64,000 nucleotides of DNA from a virus (lineage: Duplodnaviria > Heunggongvirae > Uroviricota > Caudoviricetes): the IMG/VR virus record IMGVR_UViG_2740892427_000001. One strand, 5' to 3'. Position numbers and translations under genes: made by a program. The notes beneath the pieces were generated by a model. It ran no database searches, was not told where the DNA came from, and worked only from the letters and a program-made list of their open reading frames with translations. Of this stretch, positions 9,474-19,051 are shown in pieces (position 1 is the first letter of the stretch; the number at the start of each line of letters is the position of its first letter).

Positions 9474-9755
9474 TTATCCCCAGTATGTGTATATGTAAGA
9501 ACCAAGCCCCGTATATAAATTTGACCAACTAACCGTATTTCCATTAATAGTAACATTTGGAACAGGTAAATTGATGTAGTTGTCGTTGTTAAGAGGCATT
9601 AATGACCACACGGCATGTAGTGATTTACCCGGTGGCGGATTAGAGTACGTCTTAGAGCCTGATGACGCCGTAAATCGATCAAGAAAAAAAATAGGTGTAA
9701 GGAAGCCAGTAACGTTAATTCCTTTATTGTTGTAAATCCCTGTACCGTATGCCAT
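9474..9755 (-). CDS. hypothetical protein in AT-rich island
   Basis: 93 aa ORF; locally low GC versus flanks. Confidence 0.4.
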   Translation of the reverse strand: MAYGTGIYNNKGINVTGFLTPIFFLDRFTASSGSKTYSNPPPGKSLHAVWSLMPLNNDNYINLPVPNVTINGNTVSWSNLYTGLGSYIYTYWG

Positions 9756-9809
9756 TTTTCACCCTTGTTTTTATCAACACAATATGGCCGATCATGCGGC
9801 CATATCAGA

Positions 9810-10379
9810 TCAATTAGAGCTTTGAAAGACTTTGTGTGGTTGTGTTGCGAGGTTATGTCGATGGCTTAACTCACGCATCATGTCTTCAAGGCGACTCTTT
9901 GTGTCGTCGAGTTGGTCGGCCATTGCTCCCAAAAGCTGACGAACGGCCATCGGATCATCGCTGTTTAGTGATGGCATTTTATAACCCGCCTGAGAAGACA
10001 TAAGATTGAACGCAGACATCAACATCGTTAGAGAGGATTTAAGCCCAGCAATTTCACGATCTTTGCTGGCAATAATCGCCTCACTCTTGTTAGTGTCATC
10101 AGTTCGTTGAGTCTCGCTCACCATATCCAAAGTCGCCTGCAACTTATCAGCGCGCTCTTTTTCAGCAAGATAATGAACACCGAAATGATGTGCTAAAGCT
10201 ACAACCTGAGTTGGCTCTTCAAAGGTGGACTCAAAATTAAGTGCTGTAACCACTCTCTCAAATATGGAAACGTCTTCTATTCCTCGAAGAATGGCTAACA
10301 TTTTGACCAGTTCATTAGCATCCATTTCTTCGAATAAGGCGTTTTGTTCATCAGCTATCGCTTTGCATTTCTTGCACAT
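9810..10379 (-). CDS. hypothetical protein
   Basis: 189 aa ORF; conserved leader motif ttaaacaagttgttttc 16 bp upstream. Confidence 0.5.
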   Translation of the reverse strand: MCKKCKAIADEQNALFEEMDANELVKMLAILRGIEDVSIFERVVTALNFESTFEEPTQVVALAHHFGVHYLAEKERADKLQATLDMVSETQRTDDTNKSEAIIASKDREIAGLKSSLTMLMSAFNLMSSQAGYKMPSLNSDDPMAVRQLLGAMADQLDDTKSRLEDMMRELSHRHNLATQPHKVFQSSN

Positions 10380-10676
10380 GTGTTTTTCCTAATGCTTAAA
10401 CAAGTTGTTTTCTTATTGGCTTTATTGTGATGTGGCATAAAAGGGGAGCAAGCTAAACGTAAAGGTGCAAACTCTCTATTTCGGTCAACGAAACACAAGG
10501 GCCATTTGGCCCTTGTCATTAACACGTTGCTTTACGGACTAGCGGATAAGCGAAGTAGATCGCCAAACCAATGAGGACGCCATCAGAAATGACAGACATC
10601 ATCTTTCCCGTAAAATCCACCAACACCGCCATCACCAGAAGAGCAATGACGATCACAAGCCGGAATCTCTCAAGCA

Positions 10677-11102
10677 TTAGAGATAAGCATCCAGTGACAA
10701 CTGAAGCGCCTGGGCGATCTTTTTCAGTGCCTGCTCTTCTTGTTCACCAATGCCATCCTGATCGGCAATATCAAGGCACAGACACAGAACATCGACCGCC
10801 TCTGGAGTACCCGCAATATCAGAAAGCTCACGAATAGCCTGTGCATTAGCAGAACGAGGGGACGCTTCGTAACGAGCACGGATATTGGCGCTCATTTGGG
10901 CAATTTCACCAGCAAACGGAGAAAACGCAGGCAGAGCTGCAATTGTCTTCTCAAGAATGGCAATTTCTTTTGCGTCACATGTGCCGTCGGCATAGGAGAT
11001 CATGTACGCGCCCCACACGGTGGCCTCAACCGCATCACGGTTCTCCATTTTTTTGACTTCGATAACTGCTTTACGAGTTTTCTTTTTGAAGAAACCTAAC
11101 AT
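10677..11102 (-). CDS. TerB-like domain protein
   Basis: 141 aa; resembles TerB/DjlA-N type helical domain (low-certainty motif recognition). Confidence 0.4.
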   Translation of the reverse strand: MLGFFKKKTRKAVIEVKKMENRDAVEATVWGAYMISYADGTCDAKEIAILEKTIAALPAFSPFAGEIAQMSANIRARYEASPRSANAQAIRELSDIAGTPEAVDVLCLCLDIADQDGIGEQEEQALKKIAQALQLSLDAYL

Positions 11103-11195
11103 GTGTTTTCCTTTTGTTATTTGTCAAAACAAGTTGTTTTATAGTTTCATAAATTGCTTACGCAAAGATGGTCAATGCATATGCACTAACAGCCG

Positions 11196-11384
11196 TCAGA
11201 AATAACCAAGTACCGAACCGACTGGAAAAACAAAAATCCCAACTACACGAGCCAAGGTCATGCCAGCCTGAAACTGGAGATCGCCAGAGCAAACAAGTTT
11301 TATAATGTTCGATACCCAACCGGCGGCCATGAGGGCAAGAATTGCCAGCCAAATTTTTCCAAAGTGATTTGAAAACCAGTTCAT
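11196..11384 (-). CDS. small membrane protein
   Basis: 62 aa, two hydrophobic segments; start overlaps upstream stop. Confidence 0.4.
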   Translation of the reverse strand: MNWFSNHFGKIWLAILALMAAGWVSNIIKLVCSGDLQFQAGMTLARVVGIFVFPVGSVLGYF

Positions 11385-11632
11385 ACAACCGCCTTAGTCA
11401 CAGCATGATCCTGAGTAACCGGATGAACTTGAGGTATCGCATCCACCGTCATCCCATCCAGAGTGACAGGACGCTCTACTGGAGTGGTGGTAATTGTCGT
11501 CGACGGAGGTGTGGTGATGGATGAACCCGGCATCAAAAGGCTCTGGCCGGCTGGAACGGCTACCGTCGCCAGTGAAACTATAATGAGAACGTAGGCCATT
11601 GGTTTCAGCCTCTTTCTTTGAAAATTTTCCAT
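11381..11632 (-). CDS. small secreted/membrane protein (alternative frame to 11394..11888)
   Basis: Hydrophobic N-terminal segment MAYVLIIVSLATVAVPAG; overlaps another long ORF in a different frame, so only one is likely real. Confidence 0.3.
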   Translation of the reverse strand: MENFQRKRLKPMAYVLIIVSLATVAVPAGQSLLMPGSSITTPPSTTITTTPVERPVTLDGMTVDAIPQVHPVTQDHAVTKAVV

Positions 11633-11888
11633 TCGAACTGTCCTTGTTGTTTTTCTCCTTCACTAAAGGCCGTGTACTTTTCGCTTCGCGTGAAGAACCA
11701 GAGGCAACAATCGCCCCCACGTTCGCAACAACTGACGCTTGATTATCTAAACGTTCATTCAGCAACCGAACGGTAGTCTCTAGTTCATCAAGACGTGACA
11801 TAACACGACCGCTAAACAATTCGGCCAAAATTTGACGTAAAGAACGAGGACGTTTAGTTGCAGAAGTGAAATAGGTTTGACGTGCCAT
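11394..11888 (-). CDS. hypothetical protein (N-terminal ~90 aa convincing, C-terminal low-complexity part doubtful)
   Basis: 164 aa ORF; C-terminal S/G/C/H-rich stretch looks like out-of-frame read-through. Confidence 0.3.
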   Translation of the reverse strand: MARQTYFTSATKRPRSLRQILAELFSGRVMSRLDELETTVRLLNERLDNQASVVANVGAIVASGSSREAKSTRPLVKEKNNKDSSNGKFSKKEAETNGLRSHYSFTGDGSRSSRPEPFDAGFIHHHTSVDDNYHHSSRASCHSGWDDGGCDTSSSSGYSGSCCD

Positions 11889-12033
11889 GTGGACTCCATC
11901 CAGTGTCAGAAAGAGTTGCGGCTGGCGATTGCCAGCCGCCTTTCTCGTTCCATCCTGGAACTGTGTCTTACCGACACATTGTCATCCTGACGCTGATAAG
12001 ATACATGATTTAAAATGATAGGTAAACACTTAC

Positions 12034-12678
12034 TTACTGCTTGTTATAAACAAAACCAATATCTTTCTTGTGAGGCATATCTGCTGCTGAAAAAGCTGCG
12101 ATCTTCGCGAGTCGATCACATATTTCATTTTCACGATGCCCGGCGTGACCTTTAACCCACTTCCAGCGAACATTATGTCGACTTGCGGCCTCATCCAGAC
12201 GTTTCCACAGATCAACATTCTTTACCGGTTTTTTATCAGAAGTCATCCATCCATTACGTTTCCACCATTTCATCCACTGTGTCATGCCGTTTTTCAGATA
12301 CTGGCTATCAGAGTACAAAATAACGTTGCATGGATATTTCAAACGCTCCAGCCCGATAAGTGCGCCCATCATCTCCATGCGGTTATTGGTGGTGCTATGA
12401 AAACCATCTGAGAACTCGCGTTCCTCACCACGATACTGGAGAACGATACCGTAACCGCCCGGGCCACCCGGATTTTTAAGGCAAGAGCCATCACTAAAGA
12501 TTTTCACGGTTTTGAGCTGGGGATTGAACTCTACGACAGGCGTTGTGGGATTGGTGCGGGGAGAATTTTTGTTTTTGGCTTTTTTGCGAGTTTTTGCTTG
12601 CGATCGGGCTGGTGTCTTCGTCGTCATATAAACTCCTGAATCAAGCGCCGCGCCGATTTTTTCCTCGCGCGTGCGCAC
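12034..12678 (-). CDS. rnhA: RNase H (RNase HI family); true start may be internal
   Basis: Core KIFSDGSC...NRMEMMG...[14 protein letters not shown] matches RNase HI; first ~20 codons overlap a GC palindrome and may be 5' UTR. Confidence 0.75.
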   Translation of the reverse strand: MRTREEKIGAALDSGVYMTTKTPARSQAKTRKKAKNKNSPRTNPTTPVVEFNPQLKTVKIFSDGSCLKNPGGPGGYGIVLQYRGEEREFSDGFHSTTNNRMEMMGALIGLERLKYPCNVILYSDSQYLKNGMTQWMKWWKRNGWMTSDKKPVKNVDLWKRLDEAASRHNVRWKWVKGHAGHRENEICDRLAKIAAFSAADMPHKKDIGFVYNKQ

Positions 12679-12699
12679 ACGCGTGCGTGTTAATAATTA

Positions 12700-13200
12700 T
12701 TAAAATAAACAAATTACTTCCCAGAACAGGTTTTTATAAACCTGAACTGAACGAACGAAGTGAGTGAAGTTCACCTCGAACGAAGTGAGAGGTTGTCTTT
12801 TCAGGTAATACTCTCCCAGGGAGGTGAGTATAAAATTCCTCACCAACCTGGTCGTTTCATAACCTGAAAAGCTATGGTCTAAGTCTACTGCCAGCTTAGA
12901 CTTGGGAAGTTATGGATGACAGCACCCCAGAACCGAGATCTTCCCACACTTTATGAAGGGGAGTACTGGATTCAACCTCTCGAAACACCCCAGACTCGAC
13001 AATCATAAAGTGACCCTTGTCTCTGCTCACTTTGGTTCCCCCTTCCCCGACACCTATACGGCACCGGTTCTACGCTGGTAGTGAGCTTTTTTAAACCTGA
13101 CGCCAGTGACGCTTACCCCCACCCATCAGGTCGAGCCTCCAGTCTACGACTGGAAACTATCATATCTTAGCACTTACAATTCACTTTATGAATAGTTTGT
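12700..13200. other. ~500-bp ORF-free island with internal direct repeats and palindromes; candidate structured RNA or replication/packaging site
   Basis: No ORF of 60 aa or more in any frame; GAACGAAGTGAG x2 flanking palindrome GTGAAGTTCAC; several 5- to 7-bp stem pairs. Confidence 0.3.
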
Positions 13201-13209
13201 ACTTATCTA

Positions 13210-13464
13210 TCATTGTGATTGATTATTTTCTCGACCATGTAGTTGAACATTCAAGGCAAACACCTCATTGATCAACTCACCTAAAAGCTGTTCAACAAGT
13301 TCGCGATGCTCTCCAAGATGCAAGCACTTAATTGCCCACTCGTACAAGTTGAAAGCCTGCTCACGATCTTTCATCATTTCACGAGCCTGGGCCAGAAAAT
13401 CGCTCTCTACGAGCGCAACGACATTAGTCGGGTATGACATGTTGGTTTCCTTAAAGTGGTTCAT
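13210..13464 (-). CDS. hypothetical protein
   Basis: 84 aa ORF. Confidence 0.4.
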   Translation of the reverse strand: MNHFKETNMSYPTNVVALVESDFLAQAREMMKDREQAFNLYEWAIKCLHLGEHRELVEQLLGELINEVFALNVQLHGRENNQSQ

Positions 13465-13545
13465 AAAATCGATTTTAAAGCGTCTGGGAAGGGGTTCTAG
13501 TGGATTCTGTAGTGATGTTCAGGTCTGGAGTCTCTGATACAAAAC

Positions 13546-13604
13546 AGCCTGCTTCCGTATATTAATAATTAATATGTAGTTATTTATATATACAGAAGCA
13601 GGCT
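13546..13604. terminator. long hairpin AGCCTGCTTCCGTATAT / ATATACAGAAGCAGGCT with AT-rich loop; one of two copies of this element
   Basis: 17-bp stems with one mismatch; second copy at 61112..61169. Confidence 0.5.
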
Positions 13605-13625
13605 AATTACAGACGCCAGAACAAA

Positions 13626-14219
13626 CTAAGCAGCCTTCTTTGATGGTCTTTTTTTCCTGATCACATTCGCAGGATCATACCCTCCCAGACTTTTCATGAC
13701 GTCCAAAGGGATCTTGCTTATAGAGTGCCCAGCGTCCTGACAGAATCCTCGAAAAACAACGAGCATACTGCCACCGGGGTTGATGTTTACTTCTACCTGA
13801 CCCAAATTGACGTCAGGCTCGACAAACGCTACGCGGCCACCAGACAGAATAATCGTCTCATTCGCATACTCTGTTGCACGCTCATACCACTTTGTATCGA
13901 GGGATTGAGGAATTAGCATCACTGTTGTAACTCCGCGAGCCTGCTCACGTATAGCAGCATCAATCCAGGGGGAGATTTTGGAGTAGGGTGGATTGAGGAA
14001 GGCAATTGTACCTGGCTGTCCCCATTCAGATTTCAAAGCATCACGCTCAATGCCTATGAAATTAGGCAGCTTTGCGTTGTCCTTGTTGCAGGCAACGTCA
14101 ACATCAAATGTCACTCCAAGATAACGTTGAATGGCAGAAAACAGCCAATCAGGTGTTCTCCAGAGGTCACGAAGAGAGTTGTCGCGCTTTCGCTGTTTGA
14201 TTTTTTCGGCTGCAATCAT
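13626..14219 (-). CDS. phage-type DNA N6-adenine methyltransferase
   Basis: 197 aa; NPPY motif (FLNPPYS) and phage Dam-like layout. Confidence 0.65.
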   Translation of the reverse strand: MIAAEKIKQRKRDNSLRDLWRTPDWLFSAIQRYLGVTFDVDVACNKDNAKLPNFIGIERDALKSEWGQPGTIAFLNPPYSKISPWIDAAIREQARGVTTVMLIPQSLDTKWYERATEYANETIILSGGRVAFVEPDVNLGQVEVNINPGGSMLVVFRGFCQDAGHSISKIPLDVMKSLGGYDPANVIRKKRPSKKAA

Positions 14220-14402
14220 CTTCTTTCTCGATAGGTAAGTGATTACCTATTTTTGCATTTGATTTTATGTCTGGCAATCAAATAAAACGCGCCAGAAATG
14301 CAAACGAGAAGCTCTCTGGCGCGTTTTTGTGGTGCTGGGTATGTGATTGGCTTACCCAGCACTATAAAGCTCTCTATGGGCTTTATTTTCAGTAGGGGAA
14401 CG

Positions 14403-15212
14403 TCATCCAATAGTGTACTCCGCGACAAACTTCTTAACGATCGGTGATTCTTCGTTCAATGTTAGATTTCCACCGTCTCTAACGGCAATTCCTGTCGCTG
14501 GAAATACAGCCATCATTTGCCCAGCCTGAGTTGACGCAGTGTTAAGCGGATACGGTTTTTCTGGATTGCTCATTAAAGCAATCTTAATACTATTACTTGT
14601 AGCCTTCTTTTCTGTGAGAAGGTGTCTCATGGAAATTACCGTGTAAACACTAATATCTGGACCTCCGCTAAACCAATTAAGAAGGTTTAATATCTTATCC
14701 TTTGCTTTGACAGGCGCGTTATCGTAAGCGTCTAAGAAAATATCTTTTTCTAAGCCCGCTTTATTGAAAAACGAATCATCTTTATCACTTAAAGTAAAAC
14801 GAGGACCTCTTGCAGTACGAGCTTTTTTATTTGTATTGCTATCATTTGACTGTTGAACTTTTAATTCATCATTAACCTCAACACACTCTTCAACCTCAAT
14901 AAATCCCAATTGTTCTGGCTCGTTTTCGGCAGATTCAACACTTTCAGCGTTAATTACGTTTATAGGCTCATGCGCTAACTCCAACTCATTTAAAGCAGAG
15001 CTGAAATCACCTGCTTTTTCTTCATTGAACAGTTCTTCGGCAACATCATCAGAACTCATGGCTACGCCAGCATCGAGGCCGAGCAGCAGATCGTCAATAT
15101 CATCAGTATTTTCAACCTGTGCGGCTTTCTTTACTGGTTCATCAAGTGATTGCAACATGGCTGTCAGCTCGTCCAGATCATCATTTGTCATTACATTTTC
15201 AACCGAACTCAT
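14403..15212 (-). CDS. acidic hypothetical protein
   Basis: 269 aa, D/E-rich N-terminal half. Confidence 0.5.
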   Translation of the reverse strand: MSSVENVMTNDDLDELTAMLQSLDEPVKKAAQVENTDDIDDLLLGLDAGVAMSSDDVAEELFNEEKAGDFSSALNELELAHEPINVINAESVESAENEPEQLGFIEVEECVEVNDELKVQQSNDSNTNKKARTARGPRFTLSDKDDSFFNKAGLEKDIFLDAYDNAPVKAKDKILNLLNWFSGGPDISVYTVISMRHLLTEKKATSNSIKIALMSNPEKPYPLNTASTQAGQMMAVFPATGIAVRDGGNLTLNEESPIVKKFVAEYTIG

Positions 15213-15370
15213 GTAAGTCTCCTTCTGTTTGGTTACATTTGCGTTTCGATGGCTACATTTTGACTAAACCTATCAGGCGGAAAAGTATTAAATACAGGCA
15301 GGAAATGATTGAAAGGCGACTGTTCTTTAAAAGAAAGCCTACTTTAAACTTTTTAAAGTAGGCTTTTGTT

Positions 15371-15925
15371 TTACACAATTTCAGAGGGTAATTTAAAAAA
15401 TCCGTACTTATTACGTGCCTTAAAGAAGCATTGCATCATTAAGTTTGTGTCATATAAGGCACTATGTGCTTTGGCATGATCGTATATAAAGCCAAGAGAG
15501 AAGGCCAACTCTTCAAGGCGGGGACGTTTACCGTCTTCTGTGGCCCACAGGGAAAATATAGTGTCAATCAATGGGATGTCTGGAAGCGAAAAACCGTAAC
15601 TTTTCAGCTCATGCCTAATAAACGGAATATCGAACGCTTCGCCGTTGTGGGCTATCCAAATATCGGAAGAAGAGAGATACGAAGCGACAGATGAAGCGTG
15701 ATCGGCTAGTAACGGCTCGGCGGCTAAATCTTCAAGACTGATGCCGTGTACCGCTTGCGCTTTCGGATCGATACTGCGACGCGGGTTGAACCGCATTACA
15801 AAACTATCAACCATTGTCTGTGTCTCCAGTTCATAGCGGGTAATTGCGATTTCAATAATTTTATGACCAGCAAGGAAATCCAGTCCCGTAGACTCGATAT
15901 CGATGCCTGCAACAATCGTTGTCAT
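15371..15925 (-). CDS. DnaQ-like 3'-5' proofreading exonuclease (DEDD family)
   Basis: Exo I motif GIDIESTGL near N-terminus; 184 aa. Confidence 0.7.
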   Translation of the reverse strand: MTTIVAGIDIESTGLDFLAGHKIIEIAITRYELETQTMVDSFVMRFNPRRSIDPKAQAVHGISLEDLAAEPLLADHASSVASYLSSSDIWIAHNGEAFDIPFIRHELKSYGFSLPDIPLIDTIFSLWATEDGKRPRLEELAFSLGFIYDHAKAHSALYDTNLMMQCFFKARNKYGFFKLPSEIV

Positions 15926-15934
15926 CAGAACTCC

Positions 15935-16354
15935 TTACAACTTCTTAGCGCCCTTAAGTAGTGCGCTACGTACAAATTGAGCCGCTTTTTTCAAAGTTTC
16001 TTCACTGGTTTCACAGACAATCGGATCTTTCCACTTACCTGACACAGTGTTGAGAATATTGATTTGGTTGCTATCCAGACAAACAGAGATATAAAGCACC
16101 GTGCCACCAGCCAGCATCAAATGCATAGGAAACAGAGGCTTTTTACTGCCTTCACTGAACTGAGACATGGCGATGTTAATGGCTTCACCCACTTGTGTAC
16201 CAACAAGCCCCTGCGCAGTTTCGAATATGGCACGAATAGCCAGACGAGCCTCTCGATCGCTCATAAGCGACCGGGAATGTTCGTCCGCTACACGAATCAA
16301 AGCCTCTGTTGTTTTCCGATCCAGTTCATCTTCAAGCAACATTTCACTAAACAT
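15935..16354 (-). CDS. hypothetical protein
   Basis: 139 aa ORF. Confidence 0.45.
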   Translation of the reverse strand: MFSEMLLEDELDRKTTEALIRVADEHSRSLMSDREARLAIRAIFETAQGLVGTQVGEAINIAMSQFSEGSKKPLFPMHLMLAGGTVLYISVCLDSNQINILNTVSGKWKDPIVCETSEETLKKAAQFVRSALLKGAKKL

Positions 16355-16415
16355 TTTTTATCCTTAACCCATTTTGAGAGTTTTATTGTCGCAATGTCGA
16401 AGAGGCGAACAATTT

Positions 16416-17060
16416 CTAATGAACGGTCACTCGGCCACAGAACCGGTTTTCTATCTTTTCTACAGCGTTATCTAGCATTCTCATCACTGATCTGGCTCTT
16501 GCTTCAACTGTGCGATACCGGTTGGAAACGACGAAGGTTTGCAGATCTCCCCTTTGCGGATGCAGGTGAATTTTTGTCAGTTCCCCGCACATCAACGCAT
16601 CAATACGAGCGACATACAGACGGTCTAATGATGCTCGTTGTGACCGCAAGTAATCTCGCTCTGAGAGAGCGACCCCCGGGCGTAGGCCAGCAATGGCGTT
16701 AAAGTTTGAAATAGCAGTTTTGTGGCAAAACTTTTCGATATCGAGGGCTAACTCAATACACCGATCTTCATTTGTATGGCCGACCAAATCCAACGTGTAG
16801 GCCATAACATCAGCAGGTGTGCGATCGATAACAAAGCCTTCAACACCACGCGTAAGTAGCTCTATATGCTTTGCTATTTCCATTTGAATCTGAAGCCGCT
16901 CATATAGAGGCATAGAATCACCTACTCGAACACCGAGGCGGCTCATCAAACTTCCGACACCAGCATCCACGTAAGGGATTCCGTAATGTTTGTCGATATA
17001 TTTAGCCAGGGTTGTTTTCCCACTGCCCTGAGCACCAGTGATCCCAATCCGGTAATCCAT
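16416..17060 (-). CDS. deoxynucleoside monophosphate kinase
   Basis: P-loop GITGAQGSGKTTL; position in nucleotide-metabolism operon. Confidence 0.6.
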   Translation of the reverse strand: MDYRIGITGAQGSGKTTLAKYIDKHYGIPYVDAGVGSLMSRLGVRVGDSMPLYERLQIQMEIAKHIELLTRGVEGFVIDRTPADVMAYTLDLVGHTNEDRCIELALDIEKFCHKTAISNFNAIAGLRPGVALSERDYLRSQRASLDRLYVARIDALMCGELTKIHLHPQRGDLQTFVVSNRYRTVEARARSVMRMLDNAVEKIENRFCGRVTVH

Positions 17061-17536
17061 TACGACCTTCTGTATACGATCTGCGAAAAGCCAGGCTCTT
17101 CCTCGCTGGCTCGTTGGGTATAAGCTGTTTCAACAGGCACAAAGCCTAAGTTACGCATCATGCTTGCCGGGAAGAAGGCATCGGCGTTTGGTACATCAAC
17201 GCCGATGTGGGAGAGCCAAATCTCTTCAACATGCGGCATGAATAGCGAGTAAATTTGTTCCCCGCCAATCACCCACACAGGCTCTGGTAATCGCAACACA
17301 TCATCCACACCAGCAGGGTAGAATCCATTTGGTACAAAGCCATGAGAGCGCGTCAAAACGAGGTTATGACGCTCTGGAAGAGGGCGTTTGAGACTTTCCA
17401 TCGTTTTACGCCCCATAACGACAGTGGCGTTTTTGGTGAGTCTCTTAAATAGCTTCAGATCGGTAGAACAACGCCAGGGCAGTTCGTTCGCTATGCCGAT
17501 CTCATAGTTACGGCCAACAGCAGCGATCATCTTCAT
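17060..17536 (-). CDS. folA: dihydrofolate reductase
   Basis: MKMIAAVGRNYEIG...ELPW N-terminus typical of DHFR; 158 aa. Confidence 0.75.
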   Translation of the reverse strand: MKMIAAVGRNYEIGIANELPWRCSTDLKLFKRLTKNATVVMGRKTMESLKRPLPERHNLVLTRSHGFVPNGFYPAGVDDVLRLPEPVWVIGGEQIYSLFMPHVEEIWLSHIGVDVPNADAFFPASMMRNLGFVPVETAYTQRASEEEPGFSQIVYRRS

Positions 17537-17946
17537 TTGCTCACCTCATAGATGACCGGTCGATGGTGAGAGTCGGCTAAAGCGGCACGGAGTCGAGGAT
17601 CGTGCACCAGCGCAGCGATAAGCAGATCGCCTTTATGCTCCGCTAATGTGCGCTTAATATGCTTCTCATAACTGGTGCCATTCGGTACGAGATGAAGCCA
17701 GTCATAATCAACGCCAAAATCTTTCAGCCATCGTTTAGTTGGCGCTTCAAGAGTTTCAGAGCGGCTACTGATAAGCACCACTTCAGCCCCTGAGCGAGCA
17801 AAACCACGCAACATACGGCTGGTGGGGAAAATGAGTTCATCACCGGCAATGAGCTGGCCTGCATCCGCGTCAGATACTGATTTACGATGGCTGGCATTTG
17901 CCAGCACACCTTCAATTTCGCATAAGACATACATACCTCTTGCCAT
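17533..17946 (-). CDS. 5'(3')-deoxyribonucleotidase-like HAD-fold protein
   Basis: VLCEIEGVLA resembles the DxDGV motif of 5'-nucleotidases but with Glu in place of Asp; start set to ATG 2 nt after thyA stop rather than the longer track ORF. Confidence 0.4.
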   Translation of the reverse strand: MARGMYVLCEIEGVLANASHRKSVSDADAGQLIAGDELIFPTSRMLRGFARSGAEVVLISSRSETLEAPTKRWLKDFGVDYDWLHLVPNGTSYEKHIKRTLAEHKGDLLIAALVHDPRLRAALADSHHRPVIYEVSK

Positions 17947-17947
17947 A

Positions 17948-19051
17948 TCACACCGCCACTGGAACCTTGATCCACGGTAGAGGGTCATAGCCAAGAATTA
18001 AAACCTCGTCCCATTTGAAATCATCCAACTCTGACCATTCATGAGGGAAAATAACGACCGGATCTGAATGCTCTGGAGCCTGTCGTTTCATTAGCTCACA
18101 CACACCTTCCATGTGGTTGTTGTACAAATGCACGTCAAAGCCAAAATGCACAAATGCACCGGCCATGTGACCCGTAATCTTCGCGAGAAAATGAGTGAGA
18201 ATGCCATAGCCAGCAATATTGAATGGCATACCAACAAAAGTGTCTACGCTACGCTGTACGAGGCAGGAGTTGAGGATGCGTTTGGGGATTCCAAGTTCAT
18301 CCAGTTCAGCTTCAGTAACACTGCCGTCCATCTCCAGATCGTATAGCATCTTGGTGTAGATAGACTCGTAACCGAGGCGACTGTGTTGAAGACCAATGTC
18401 AGTTGCCATCGTTAAACGGGTTTCAAAATCCAGCTCACGACTCCACAAAGAGAAGACAAAGTGGCAAGGTGGCAGTTTCATATCCTCAAGCTCGCCTACG
18501 TTCCATGCGTTAAGCATGATGCGACGATCGGTAGGGTTCGTGCGCAGTGTATCGACAATACGCTGTAGCTGATCGATTTCACGGGACAGCACTACGCGAT
18601 CTTCACTGATACCCAGGTATCCCTCGACTTTGTACCCGCGTTCACGGAAAGTAGCGATCTTGCTCAGATATTCACTATGGCTCACGATGCGGGTATCTTC
18701 CCATCGACGCCACTGCTTACCGTAAACCGGCCCCAAATCGCCATTCTCATCGGCCCATGCATCCCAAATCTTAACGCCGTTATCCTTGAGAAATTGGATG
18801 TTGCCCGTGCCTTTCAGATACCACTCAAGTTCGACAAGTAGTGGCTTAAGATTTACCGCCTTTCCAGAAATAAGCGGCACAGTCCCACCAGTAAGCATGT
18901 AGTAAGAGGGAACGTAGCAGGTGCTTAAAGTGCCAGTGCCTGTGCGATCATCAGCCTGCACGCCGCTTTTAAGCACCGTCTCAATAACTTTTGCATACGA
19001 TGCGTTTGTTACCTGACCGTTCGTATGCTCTCGATTCAAAAGGAGTGACAC
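17948..19051 (-). CDS. thyA: thymidylate synthase (long form)
   Basis: 367 aa with ThyA-like blocks (PPCH, DxGxPFN); start codon appears to be GTG at 19051. Confidence 0.7.
   Translation of the reverse strand: MSLLLNREHTNGQVTNASYAKVIETVLKSGVQADDRTGTGTLSTCYVPSYYMLTGGTVPLISGKAVNLKPLLVELEWYLKGTGNIQFLKDNGVKIWDAWADENGDLGPVYGKQWRRWEDTRIVSHSEYLSKIATFRERGYKVEGYLGISEDRVVLSREIDQLQRIVDTLRTNPTDRRIMLNAWNVGELEDMKLPPCHFVFSLWSRELDFETRLTMATDIGLQHSRLGYESIYTKMLYDLEMDGSVTEAELDELGIPKRILNSCLVQRSVDTFVGMPFNIAGYGILTHFLAKITGHMAGAFVHFGFDVHLYNNHMEGVCELMKRQAPEHSDPVVIFPHEWSELDDFKWDEVLILGYDPLPWIKVPVAV

Noticed and set aside
8857-9755. Overlap of ORFs 8857..9528 and 9474..9755 as a possible frameshifted single gene
   Set aside because: An ATG at 9471 follows the upstream stop by 2 nt (TAATTATG), so two tandem genes explain the overlap without a frameshift.
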